From positions 31,897 through 95,896 of the forward strand of contig CAXHJY010000730.1 of NCBI GenBank assembly GCA_964016885.1: a DNA stretch of 64,000 bases. Direction: 5' to 3'. The notes beneath the pieces are model-generated. The model was not told the origin of the DNA, ran no database searches, and saw only the letters and a list, made by a program, of their open reading frames with translations. This stretch comes from Eledone cirrhosa (taxonomy: Eukaryota). Below are positions 41,545 to 54,155 of the stretch, one piece after another (position 1 is the first letter of the stretch; each line of letters opens with the position of its first letter). The translations under genes were made by a program, and so were the position numbers.

Positions 41545-43360
41545 GGGTACTTTTTGTTGTGACACCTACATGACCACTTTACAGTGGACGGAAGTGCGAG
41601 GGTGAAGTAGGGGTCTGAGGTGGGGTGTAAATTGGGTTAAGTAGTGCCTACTGACTGTAGATTTAACTTCGAACGTAAGGGAAGGCAGGTCTTCTGTACA
41701 ACTGCATGGTGCCAAAGATCTCGATGCAGTGTCATTGTCCTAGAGAGGTGTAAGTGGGCAAGGTCAGGTTTTTATCACCTCATTCCAGATTTTTCTTGGT
41801 CTACCCACTCCATAGCTTCCATCAATTTTCATTGCTCTGCACTTTTTTATACAGCTGTCATCCTTCAGACCCATCACATGTCCATACCAACGTAATCTCC
41901 TCTACAGAACACATTTGATACCTCTTGTGCTTAGTCTGTTTCTCAATTCTTTTATGCTTTGCTGTTCGCGTATATTACTATTACACATCTATCAGAGCAT
42001 GCAAGCTTCATTTCTTTCTAATCTACGCAAGTCTTCACCACACAATGCCCATGTCTCACTACCATGTAATATCTCTGTTCGTATACAAGCATCATACAAT
42101 CTGCCTTTCACTTTTAGAGAAAAAACCCTTGTGGCCAACAGCAGTATTAGCTCTCTGCACTTTTTCCATCTCGCTCTAACTCTGGCTACTACACTTTCAG
42201 AGTACCCTCCACCACAGCTGATTTTGTCCCCCAGGTAATGGAAAGCGCCTACTATTTCTATAGAACCATCAGAAGGAGCTAGTATCCTGTGGGCACCTGC
42301 TACTTATTGCACCTGAGCATCGGCCACATATAAAATCTACATTCTTAGATAGCTTACCTGTGATCCCACTACATCTTTTATGTACACATCGTTTGCATTT
42401 GGGACATAAAATGGAGTTTCTGCCTACTCCTTTCTTACACACTGAGCATGGCCATTTCCCAGAGGGCACCAGTGCCCTATTTTCCTTTCTACAAACTAGA
42501 ACTTTAGTCTCAGACAAGTTAACTTTAAGACTTTTGATTCTAGGCCATTCTTTCATGTTTGGAATTTTTTAGTACACCTATAGATTCAGCTATGAGGGTT
42601 AGATCATCTGTGTATAGAAGTTCCCTTGGGCAACCAGACTCCTCTGTTATAGCCTGTAGGACAATAATAAAGAGAAGGGGGCTAAGGACGGAGCCTTGGT
42701 GAACAACTTTTACGCTAAATTCTTCACTATTCCTCTATACATGGCTTGTATAGCTCTCACAAGCCATTCATCAACACCTAGTTTTCTAAGAGCCCACCAG
42801 ATAATGGAGCGGGGTACTCTGTCAAAGGCTTTCTCCAAGACAACAAAAGCTATGTAGAGGGGTTTACTTTTAGCTAGGTACTCCTGTAGTTATCGTACAA
42901 GGAAAAGAGCGTCTGTGGTACTTTTACCCGAACAAACCCAAACTACATTTCATCTAGATCAATTCTCTCTCTGATTAGTTGCGCTATTACTTTTTCTGTG
43001 ACCTTCATGACCTGGTCAACTATTTTAATACCTCTATAGTTTTCTTGATCTAGAGCATCTCCTTTGCCCTTGTAACAGTTGACGATGCTGCTGCTACGCC
43101 AGTCATTTGGAATGACCCCATTCTGTATACTTGGTTTACTATCCGGGTGACGATAGTATGTCCCACCATTCCAGATGCTTTCAACATCTCAGCAACTATC
43201 TCCGAAGGCCCAGCTGCCTTGCCTGTCTTCATATCTATGATTGCCTTACTTATTATACTACCTTTAACTTGCACCGCTGGTCCCTCTATTGGATCGATGT
43301 GGGGCAGATTATCTTTATCTCATTCATTCTCCTCATTTAGTAGTCTCTCGTAGTGTCACT
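41545..43360 (-). mobile_element. Degenerate RTE LINE
   Basis: Fragments KAAGPSEIVAEMLK and KWPCSVCKKGVGRNS. Confidence 0.85.
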
Positions 43361-43537
43361 TATCTATCTTTCTTTCTGTGTCTCTCTATATATCAAGACT
43401 CTCTCACTATATAGATATTGTTATACTTTGGGAGGGTCATGTTGCCAATAAAAACACACACACACCTGTTGGTTTTCACTTCAATTCATTATAAATTTCT
43501 GGTTGGTTGGTTTGATAACCGGAAGCTTGTTTATATA

Positions 43538-43580
43538 GTCAAAGCTCTTTCATCACACATTCTGTAACCTCCTCAGTGAC
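43538..43580 (-). ncRNA. Hammerhead (family G) in element ~43418-43635; degenerate copies at ~43970-44007 (+) and 45594-45636 (-, CUGAGAA)
   Basis: gtca-CTGAGGA-ggttacagaatgtgtgat-GAAA-gagc-TT-tgac. Confidence 0.65.
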
Positions 43581-44142
43581 TAGGTTTTTATTTTGTGTGT
43601 CTCTTCTTTGTTCTGTCCTACACCATCTTGTTTTTGTGTGTTGTGTGTTTAGTTTGCGCATGTGTTACATCCAGGTGTGTGTTTATTTATTTACTTGTCA
43701 CTAGTTGGTTGTTTGTTCTATTTGTGTGTGTCTGTATGTCTTCATTTTGTCCTTAATTACTAGTTGTGAAGGCGTGTGGCTGAGTGGTTAGAGAATTGGA
43801 TTCGCATCGTGAGGTTGTGAGTTCGATTCCTGGACCAGGTGATGCGTTATGTCCTTGACCAAGACACTTTATTTCATGTTGCTCCTTCTACCTAGAGTTT
43901 TGACCGATAGATAGTGTTAGCAACTGGAAAAACCAATGGAAACATTGTTTTCTACACATGTTTTATGTTTAAGGAGGTCACAGAATGTGTGACAAAAGAG
44001 CTTTGACAATATTTAAACAACTTTCCGGATATCGAACCAACCAACTGGAAATTTATAATAAATTGAAGTGAAAACCAACAGATGTGTGTGTTTCTATTAG
44101 CAACATGACCCTCCCAAAGTATAACAGAATCTGTTTCAACAC

Positions 44143-44990
44143 AATAAATGTAATCTGAGTTTTTCAAATATTAATAATAATATTCGATTCGTTTGCAATT
44201 ATGCAAACAAGCCTCTTTTAAAGCCATGTCAGTAGAATGAGCCCCTCATTCTTGCTCTTGTGTAGCATGTAAACAGAACTGCAGACACTAATATTTCTGG
44301 GTATCACCCTTCATCAGTACAGATCACTGTTCACCTGCCAACTGTCACAGCTAGTGAAAATATATGCTATTTTCTAAAATATGCAGTGACTGATCGGCTT
44401 GATTTGCATATTAGCTGACTGGCTGATCAGTCAGATCTGCATATTAGCAGATCCACTGACCAGCCAGATTTGCATATCAGCAGACTGGCCATCAGTTTCA
44501 TGCATACGAGTGATAAATGGCCAGCTTTGCCAAATTCAAATAACTAACAAAAAGTTATCGCTCTACATGGCTGAATACAATAAATGTAATCTGAGTTTCT
44601 CGAATATTAATAATAATACTCCATTCGTTTGCAATTATGCAAACAAGCCTTGCAAATGAGGCTGATCAGTGGATCTGCTAATATGCAAATCAGGCCAATC
44701 ACTGTATATTTTAGAAAATAGCATATATTTTCACTAGCTGTGACAGTTGGCAGATGAACAGTGATCTGTACTGATGAAGGGTGATACCCAGAAACATTAG
44801 TGTCTGCAGTTCTGTTTACATGCCAACACAAGAGCAAGAATGATGGGCTCATTCTACTGACATGGCTTAAAAAGAGGCTTGTTTGCATAATTGCAAACGA
44901 ATCAAATATTATTATTAATATTTGAAAAACTCAGATTACATTTATTGTATTCAGTCCTGTAGAGTGATAACTTTTTGTTAATTATTATTA
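44143..44990. mobile_element. Foldback HHR element (family I) nested in a family G element, with 11-bp TSD
   Basis: Inverted arms ~44142-44410 and ~44680-44948; tgtttcaacac at 44132-44142 and 44991-45001; uninterrupted target site at ~45767. Confidence 0.8.
44766..44809 (+). ncRNA. Type I hammerhead ribozyme (family I); mirror copy at 44279-44322 (-)
   Basis: ctgta-CTGATGA-a gggt gat accc a-GAAAC attagt GTC-tgcag; canonical GUC triplet. Confidence 0.85.
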
Positions 44991-45043
44991 TGTTTCAACA
45001 CGTTTTCAGATAAGAAATTTTGAAAAACAAATTAAAAAACGAA

Positions 45044-45075
<32 letters not shown>

Positions 45076-45081
<6 letters not shown>

Positions 45082-45447
45082 CTGATGGTAGCTAAGATGC
45101 TTCCATTGACGGTATGCCGGTTGAGCACTCTATGCTCTTACAGAGCAGAGTATGATAGAATAGAAAACGAAAAAAATCAGTGATGCATCTGAACTCAATT
45201 TATTGTGTGTTACAATTGTTTCGGTGGTGGACAGCTCGAGACGTGATAATTGTGTGGATCTGTCTGATTCTGGACCCACAGGTTCAACAGACACGTCTAA
45301 TGATTTCGGAGCATATTCTCTCACTCAGTGATCATTGTGTGGATCAGACAGATCCACACAATGATCACGTCTCGAGCTGTCCGCCGGGGAAACAATTGTA
45401 ACACACAATAAATTGAGTTCAGATGCATCACTGATTTTTCGTTTTCT

Positions 45448-45454
<7 letters not shown>
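45076..45454. mobile_element. Foldback PLE-pLTR remnant with only the 3' half of an HHR in each arm
   Basis: Arms ~45155-45270 and ~45340-45454; GAAACaattGTAacacacaataaa; CTGANGA box absent; (TA)n flanks. Confidence 0.7.
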
Positions 45455-45483
<29 letters not shown>

Positions 45484-46151
45484 ACTTTGGGAGGGTCATA
45501 CTACCAATAGAAACACACGCACATGTTGGTTTTCACTTCAATTTATTATAAATTTCCGGTTGGTTGGTTTGGTAACCGGAAGGTTTATATATTGTCAAAG
45601 CTCTTTCATCACACATTCTGTGACCTTCTCAGTGACTAGGTTTTTGTTTTGCGTCTTTCCTTTGTTCTGTTTTACACCATCTTGTTTTTGTAATAAAATG
45701 AAGTGAAAACCAACAGGTGTGTGTGTTTTTATTGGCAATATGACCCTCCCAAAGTATAACAGAATCTGTTTCAACACACGGTTTCAGATAAGAAATCTCA
45801 CAAAACAAATTCAAAAACGAATTATTTTTATTTTGTTTTAAGTGAAAAGGAGGGGTGGGGTAAAAAAAACAGTGAATGGGGATCTGAGAGTTGAGAGTAA
45901 ATAAACTTTATAATAGAATTGTTTTGTTAATTCGAGAGAAGTGTGAGTTCGTGTCCACCTCTCTCTATGCCCAAATACAAACACAAGCATCAGTAATATG
46001 GGTGGGTCAAAGTATTAATGGACCCACCCTAACAGCAGCAGCTACACTCTTGAGATTCCACCAGGGTGTGTAGTTCCAGGACAGAAGAGTTCGACTACAA
46101 GATAAGGGGCTAAGAAAGCAGGTGGGAGAGAATGGTGGCGCTTACATAAAT

Positions 46152-46485
46152 ATCTCACATAATATCGAATCTTTAAGATTTTAACGTTATTTATTTTGAG
46201 AACAATACCGTAACATCAGTATGAGTGACCACAGAAAGAGGTGAAAGAATTCTGGCTGGATATAGCCGGTTTAAATGCTAAAGGGCTAAACCACCCACAT
46301 TCGGCCAGAATTCTCTCACCTCTTTCTGTTCAAACCAGCTGTAATAGGCCACTCATACTGATGTTAAGGTATGTTCTCGAAATAAATAGCATCAAAATCT
46401 CATAGATTCGATATTATGTGTGGTAAAACCTGTACTGTGAAAATACAATAGTATATATAGTGTAATGTAAATGCTAAAGGGTTAA
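46152..46485. mobile_element. Two piggyBac-type MITE copies in opposite orientation
   Basis: Ends aatgctaaaggg(c/t)taa; same family as 26070-26928. Confidence 0.7.
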
Positions 46486-46984
46486 AACAACCCAGTGCAT
46501 TACTGGTACTTTATTTTATCGACCCCGAAAGAATGAAAGGCAAAGTTAACCTTGGCGGGATTTGAACTCAGGATGTAAAGGGTTAGGGTAAGAACTGTAA
46601 CTGCAGGGTTAGGGTAAGAACTGTAACTGCAAAGCATGTTATGAAACGCTCTACCGATTCTGCCGACCCACCACCCCTTCTAGTAATAACAATAATAGTA
46701 AAGTTGTGAGTGTATGTAAGATAGATGTGGTTTTAACAGCAATAAATATCAGTACTACTGTAACGGTGAAAATGGTGTTGGTATGAGGATACGGGACTCC
46801 ATATGACGTATCAGTGGCACTGCAACGAGAAATGGTTAAATATTGAATTATTGACACTTGTTTTATTACATATTTCTATTAGGTGTGGTGGTGGTGGTGG
46901 TGGTGTTGATGGTGGTGATAATGGTGGTGGTGTGATGGTGGTGGGATAGTGGTGGTGGGATGGTGATGGTGGTGTGGTGGTGAT

Positions 46985-47400
46985 GTGATGGCTAGGTCGT
47001 CTGCATAGCTAAGGTTTGATAGGATTTTACCTATTTGATAGCCAGAGAAATGTTCTTCTTCAGTTTGGTAGATAAGTGCAGCTATAACTATACAGAAAAG
47101 AAGTACTGATAGTACATCACCCGGCTTAACTCCCTTCGAGGTGTCTATACAGCATGTAGTTCCCAAATCTGTTTTGATATATGCTGTTGAGTTGGTGCAA
47201 GTTTCTTTCAATAGGTTGATGTATTTTTTGTTAATCGAGGACTTGTTTAAGAGTTGCCACAAGTTGGGTAGTTTCACATTGTCAAAAGCTTTTGTGAAAT
47301 CAATGAAAGTGATGTGCACAGGGTTGTTGAATTCTATTGATTTCTCAATGATTTGTTCAATAGTTAGGATCTGCTCAATGGTGCCTCTTCCAGGTTGATA
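46985..47400 (-). pseudogene. LINE reverse transcriptase fragment
   Basis: FIDFTKAFDNV, GVKPGDVLS, YADD. Confidence 0.8.
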
Positions 47401-48522
47401 CACAGTGCTGATGATATATAATTTATGGTGGTGATGATGATGATGATATATAATTTATGGCGGTGATGATGATGATATATAATTTATGTTATATCAAAGG
47501 GTGTTAATTTTTTACAAAAGGTGTCAATGAACACAATTTACTGAGAATCAGTTAATTTTGAAGGAATCTACTGAATTAAAGATCCATCCATGTTTACAGT
47601 CAACTCTTCTAGCAGATAATAATAAACATTGACCTGTCCTACCTATTCTAGCATGGAAAATGGACATTAAACGATGATGATGATGATTTGTCTGTTGGAT
47701 CCGTGTTGCTTATGACAGGTGTTTAACCTGTTTGGGAAATGGAACAAGAACCTGCTCATGAAATTAACATGTATGTGGCTGAGTATTCCACAGATATGTG
47801 TACCCATCACAGAGTTACTCAGAGAGATTCAACATGAAACAGTGAACTGGTGAATTGTGAAATAAAATATCTTGCTGAAGGACATAAACAATACTCTGAA
47901 TTCATTGTTTTACCATTGTGAGTTAGACAAACTAGGTCATATGACTTCATAAAATACTCCCTTAAACCTTTAGCATTCACATTAATTTATCAAATGTCAT
48001 GTTTATCTATTCACATTATTTTCAGTTAATCATACTCAAGAGGGTTATCAATTTTATTTGTTTGTAATTTTCTATGTGCAGGCTTGAAATTTTGTCAGTA
48101 GATGTTTAAATATCAATAATTTACAATTATATATTTTTACCTGATTCTTTTTAGTTAAATTTGACTTTTGTGGGCAGGTAAAATTAATTAACAGGGGCAT
48201 GGCTTAGTGGTTAGAGCATTGGCCTTGGAATCGAAAGGTTGTGAGTTCAATTCTCTGACCGGGTGATGTGTTGTTTCCTTGAGCAAGACACTTTATTTCA
48301 CATTGCTCCAGTTTACTCAGCTGTAGAAATGAGATGATAGGGACCCCAGTCCCTGCAAAGTGGTCGTGGAAGTGTCACTGCAAAAAAAGCACCCAGCCCA
48401 CACAATAAATGAGGTTGGTGTTAGGAAGGGCATCCTGCTGTAGAAATCAAGCCAGAATCAGTTCTTGTCCCACCCTTGCAAGCAGGGAAAAGCGGACGTA
48501 AAATGAAATGATGATGATGATT

Positions 48523-48960
48523 TGAAGTATCAACCCTGTGCAAATACTGGTTTAATTTTAAACACCTTGTTTTCGGCATAATACTTGATATATAAGGGTC
48601 ACTAAACCTTATATCAGTGTTCCAGTAATTCCACAGTCTTGGAAATTGTTTTATACCGACCATAATATTTACGGTAAAAAATGCTTGCATTTCTGCAGCA
48701 TCTGTTGGTCGCCATAACAGATCGGGTTTTCCTTGATTTGAAATCTGTTGTTGGGTATATCGATTAGTCTCAAAACAACAATCATCGTCAGACGAAATTT
48801 CAGAAATATACATGTTTGATTCATTTGAAGATAAATCAATAATATTATCTTTTGTTTCTTGTTCATTTTGAATGTCGTCGAGTGTAAAACCTTCAAAGTT
48901 GGTATCGCTACTTTCACAAGCCAAGTTGATACACACAAAAAATCTCTTCTACTTTCAACG
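48523..48960 (-). pseudogene. piggyBac (PGBD4-like) transposase N-terminal fragment
   Basis: WRPTDAAEMQAFF...GIKQFPRLWNYW...IM...LNQYLH. Confidence 0.7.
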
Positions 48961-50607
48961 TTAAAAAAACACATGTTGTTTTAAGTTGTTTCACTATGTT
49001 AAGTGTTAATTTTCGCGGCAAGGGCCTAATCTCGCAGTAATCTCGAATTGACGGGGTTTTGATGATGGTATTGTTTATTTTTAGAACGATATTTTAGTGT
49101 GGGTCTTGTTGGCCACTTTGACTGGTTTGAACAAATAAAGGGAAAATAATTTCGGTCATTTTGGGCCATTTTGAACACTAAAGAGTTATGGTTATCATAT
49201 GCCTTGTCGTGAAGTCTGTTGGATGCCAGAATTTTTAGTACACACGATGGGCAAATAGTGCACATTTTACAGTTATTGCAACTGGAACCCATATTCTCAC
49301 CATCATTAAACAATAGCTTTAATACATCAAAGTTTGAAGCAAAAGAACGCAATTCTAATTTTACTTGATCTTTGCTGATTTGTGGAAACAATAATACCAT
49401 CTAATGCTTAAACTTCAAGGTTCTTCTCGCTAAAGGGTTAATAATAAATACTTTAAAAAAAATTGTTAATAAAAAGTGATATACCTGTATATGCCACACA
49501 TTCATCCCATCCAGGTCGCGCCCAAGCCGCTTCACGGGTCTCCTTCCTAGTCTGGAGGTCTTCATAAGCTGAATGAAGTTGAAAATCAAACATGAACAAC
49601 ACTAGAAATGGCAACAGTATGTTAATTAACTGTATAGGTGTTGGATAAAAAAGATCTTTGATACTTACATCCTACCAGTTGTGTTATATGGTCTTGACTG
49701 TGTTAATTGGACGACGACAAGGTCACTTCAGAAGCTCTCTACATTCCAGAACCAAATAATGAAACTTATGACTGGCAAGCGGCTCAGGGACCGTATCTGT
49801 ATCAGTGAGCTGCTCAACATTACCAGACTTAAACCAATTACATCAATTGTCAAGTTAAGAGTACTCAAACTATACGGTCATATAAAAAGATCAACTCGTG
49901 GTGTGAGTAGGTTATGCCTGGAAGGAAGGTTGGCTGGTAAGAGAAGTAGAGGCTAGCAGCCAAAACGATGGCTTGATAATGTCAACTTATGGACTGGACT
50001 TGATCTTTGCTCTTTAAACTCTGCTGTTGGTGATCGAAGTTTGTGGAGAAAAATATCTCATGTTGATGCGCAGTCTACAACTGGTGGAGTTTAGTGTCAA
50101 AGTAGTAAAACAATGAAAAAAAAAACAAGCAGGAATGAATAGAGAAATTGGAGGGAACAGCAGTAATGAATGCAATATAGGTGAGGAGGCATTTAATGAG
50201 AAGCACAAAGTGAATTATCATTAGGTGCAAGCAGAGTTAAATGCAGAAGATTTGGGATGCAAATTGGAAAATTTTTTAGAAAAAAAGCAATGCAGTGGGG
50301 AGTTGTTAGTAACAAAAAAGGATGTGGAGGTTGTATGTGTGTATGTGTGTGTACATACCCCACAAATGGTGCACATTATACTGTTTCCCAAGATGACAAA
50401 AGAAGCCATCTACAGCGCCAGGTCGATGCCGAATACCACGTGCCCTAAACATGTATAAACGGAGAGAAAAGACCTCGTAGACAAAAAGGTGTACAATAGT
50501 GAAGTAAGTGCTTGAACTTGTGACTGTGTGTGACAGTGCATATATGTATGTGTGTAATATATAAGTATATATATATATATATACACACACATATATATAT
50601 TTATATA

Positions 50608-50876
50608 GTTCAAGAAGTCTTTAGACAAATTCCTTCAAGAAATCCCGGATAAACCTCCTACACCCGTATATATATATATATATAACTTTGATAGGTTTCG
50701 GCCAGTATTGGCCCAGGCCATGTCTAATTTAACAGCACCACCTGGCGAAGTCTTTCAAATCAGGATTTGGGCACAATGGCCCACTCAAGTAGAGTTATTG
50801 TTTACAGAGGCATATCCAGGTGTAGGAGGTTTATCCAGGATTTCTTGAAGGAATTTGTCCAAAGACGTCTTGAACT
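50608..50876. mobile_element. Two CR1-like 3' end fragments in opposite orientation around (TA)n
   Basis: Match 10445-10638. Confidence 0.75.
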
Positions 50877-51133
50877 ATATAAAAATATATATGTTTATAT
50901 ATATATATATTTAAATGTAAAAAGGCTCCCAATCCACACTGTAAATGTGGTTGATGTTAGGAAGGGCATCAAGCTGTAAAAAACCTGCCAGAGACACTTC
51001 CATGTGAGCAAGACACGGTCTCCCGACCATTCCCACATCAAATGGAACAAAACTGCCTAACCCATGTTAGCGTGGAAGAATGGATGTTAAACGATGATAT
51101 ATATATACACACACACACACATACATACATATA

Positions 51134-51183
<50 letters not shown>

Positions 51184-51271
51184 TAAAAGGAGTTTTATTT
51201 ACAATCCTTTAAAATTTATAATGGTATTATAATGAAATAGTATGGTAGAATATTAAATGTTAAGTGTTAAT

Positions 51272-51310
51272 TGAACAAGTACTTTCATGCTTTCGCAATC
51301 TTCAGGTTCA
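51272..51310 (-). ncRNA. Type I minimal hammerhead (family H) in element ~51180-51350
   Basis: tgaac-CTGAAGA-t tgc gaaa gca t-GAAA-gtac-TT-gttca. Confidence 0.75.
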
Positions 51311-51664
51311 TATTGTGTGGTGACAGTCAAGTTTGCAATTTTCAACTGCAATGAGATGGGTAAATTTTGTGCCTTATATACATATACACATACATACACA
51401 TATCATCATCATCGTTTAAAGTCCATCTTCCATGCTTGCATGGGTTAGACGGGAGTTGTCCCATTTGAGGTAAGATTGGTCGGGTGACCGTGTCTCGCTC
51501 GTATAGGACTATCTGGCAGGTTTCCTACGGCTAGATGCCCTTCATAACACCAACCACATTTACAGTGTGGACTGGGGGGTTTTTACCGTGTTACCTACAC
51601 GGCCACATTACTGCATGGACTGTTTTTTCCCTTCTCTCTTTCCTTCTTTTTTTATATAATTGGT

Positions 51665-53260
51665 GTTGGATGCTTAAAGTGTCAGTATGCAGTAGGCTGT
51701 ATGAGCACTCAATGCCCTCGTAGAGCAGAGTATGATATCACAGAAAAAAGAGAATCAATGTTGCGATGAAAGGAATTTATTGGATATATTACAATAAATT
51801 CCCGTCTATCTACTAACGAGCATATTTTCAATGACCATTCCACTTATTACAATGAAGCTCTTGCTCGGAGTGGATTTGTCGATAAGGTAGCATATACAGA
51901 GTACGAGAAGAGACCTAGAAGAAATAGATACCGACGCATTATATGGAGGTGGCCACACCATTAGCTAAGATCTTTCTCTCCCTTATTATGAAGCATTTTC
52001 CCCCTCACATAAATATAGTAAAATTTTTAATAGAAATACTATTAAAATTTCTTACTCTACGACTCCTAACCTTGCACATAACATCACAGCTTCAAATTTA
52101 GCTAAATTACCTAGCCGTAGGAACACGTGCAACCCTGTAGTTAGTACAAACTGTAATTGTAGGAATCATGTTGACTGCCCCCCTATCCGGGAAATGCCTC
52201 TCTAGTAACATTGTCTACAAATGTAAGGTTGAAACACCCACGTCCCGTAGGGCCTACATAGGGTTAACCGCCAATAGATTCAAGCAGCATCTTTACATGC
52301 ATACCCATTCTTTTCGTAACCCTTTAAGAAGGAATATGACGTCACTTTCAGCTTATATCTGGGGTCTAAAAGACAACCACACCCAATATAAGTTATACTG
52401 GGAGATCCTAGTTAGGGCTAGATCGTATAACGGAAATAAAAGACCATGTGACCTCTGCAGCGCTGAGGCCCTGGAAATACTCTACGCCAAAGACCACATC
52501 TTAAACAAAAAATCTGAGGCAATTTTGGCTTGTAAACATAAATTGCACAAAACTTTCCTGTATTACAGCCCCACATTATACCCTAACGGATAGTACGATC
52601 TATACGCGGATATTTTACGTCTTGATGTGGTAGCTAAGTATATGTTTTGTTTATACCATTACTTATTTGCATAGGTAAGTATATATTACCCGTATGTTTT
52701 GTGAAGGTACGTATACCTTCTCGTACGTATATTTGATTGTATGTTATGGCGTATATATTATATATTCTGGTACATATGGTTTTGGTTATGTGTATACGTG
52801 AGTTTTGCGTCTGTGTGAGAATGCGGGTTCGTACGTATATAGGGTGGGTGTATATGTGTACTTCGTGTTTTGGTTGACGTACGTCTCCGAACATATGTGA
52901 ATTTACATGTAGGTATGTGTGTGCGCTTGTTATATACGTATTTATTTATTTATATACGTTTATTTAATTATATGTATACACACACACACACACATATATT
53001 TATTTTTTTAAAATATATTTTTATGTGTATTTGGTGTATACATTCTTATGCGTGCGGGTACAGGCAATGTGTGGGTTCTGTATGTACGTGCGGGTTTTTT
53101 TTGTGTACGAGCGTGTATTTGTATACCTATGGCGAGTGTTTTCGCGTATGCTTATTTATGTACGTATATGGGTGCGTGTATGTATTTATTTAATTTCAAT
53201 TACCTCTGTATTTTATTTACTTTATTCTTAACTCTGAAGCCGAGAATCATTCGGTTTCCT
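51665..53260 (+). mobile_element. 5'-truncated Naiad-type PLE (thumb, linker, GIY-YIG endonuclease, 3' UTR) preceded by an inverted pLTR piece
   Basis: SRLSTNEHIFN..YYNEAL; CNC..CPL.GKC; NIVYKC; YIGLT; CDLC..E; CKH; frameshifted. Confidence 0.85.
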
Positions 53261-53513
53261 TGTTAGAATTTTAGTCTACGACTTCAGTTATACCATTTAC
53301 GTGGTTTTGTCTTTGTGTGCAATTGTTCTCCCCGCTCCAAATATGACGTATTATCTTCGTTTTTTCCGTTCATTGCCAGAGAACGTCTCTATGAACCACC
53401 TAATAGAATATTAGTCTACGACTTCTTTTATACCATAAACGTGGTTTTGTCTTTCCATGTAATTGTTTTTCACCACTCCTAATAATAATGTATTATATTC
53501 GTTTTTTCCCCTT

Positions 53514-53818
53514 GTGACTGGGGATTCTTTTCTTTGTTTTTGTGCCTCTCCTTTGTTCTGTCCTACGCCATCTTGGCGTAGGACAGAATAAAGGAGAGGC
53601 ACAAAAACAAAGAAAAGAATCCCCAGTCACTGAAGAGGTCACAGAATGTCTGACGAAAGAACTTTGACAATATATAAACAACCATCTGGTTGTGGAACCA
53701 ACCAACCAACCAACCGGAAATTTATAAATTCCTAAATTTATAAATTTATTATAATAAATTGAAGTGAAAGCAACTGGTGCGTGTGTTTCTTATTGGCAAC
53801 ATGACCCTCCCAAAGTAT

Positions 53819-53823
<5 letters not shown>
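53514..53823 (+). mobile_element. Family G short element with 57-bp 5' foldback (3-nt loop) and HHR at 53626-53668
   Basis: Arms 53514-53570 and 53574-53630; gtca-CTGAAGA-ggtcacagaatgtctgac-GAAA-gaac-TT-tgac; ends in (TA)n. Confidence 0.75.
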
Positions 53824-53850
<27 letters not shown>

Positions 53851-53895
53851 TACACCTAAATAACATATGTACTTGTCTATACCATACTAATTCAA

Positions 53896-53950
53896 ACTGC
53901 CTGAAGAGGTCACAGCCAAAGATGGCTGTCACTGAAATATATATAGCAGT
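53896..53950 (+). ncRNA. Hammerhead ribozyme in the 5' pLTR (family J)
   Basis: actgc-CTGAAGA-ggtcacagcca aaga tggctgtcact-GAAA-tatata-TA-gcagt; cleavage predicted after 53945. Confidence 0.88.
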
Positions 53951-54155
53951 AATAAACGAAGCTAAATTTTAATCATTTGACTTTTATTTAACTTTATTTT
54001 ACACTACTCCGGAGTAACCAAACCAACCTGCGCACTTCGTCGAGTGCTCCAACAGCCTGCATACTGAGGTGTTGGTATACAACCAACAGAAACTCAAAAT
54101 CTATCTAGCTCCCACACGGGTTGAGCGCTTCAAACAGTAGCGGACCTAAGTCACT

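Noticed and set aside
45385-45415. Complete hammerhead in the 45155-45454 foldback (also ~51780-51795)
   Set aside because: Only the 3' half remains; CUGANGA was lost at the truncation point
46578-46632. Telomeric TTAGGG repeats
   Set aside because: Only a 26-bp duplication inside a SINE
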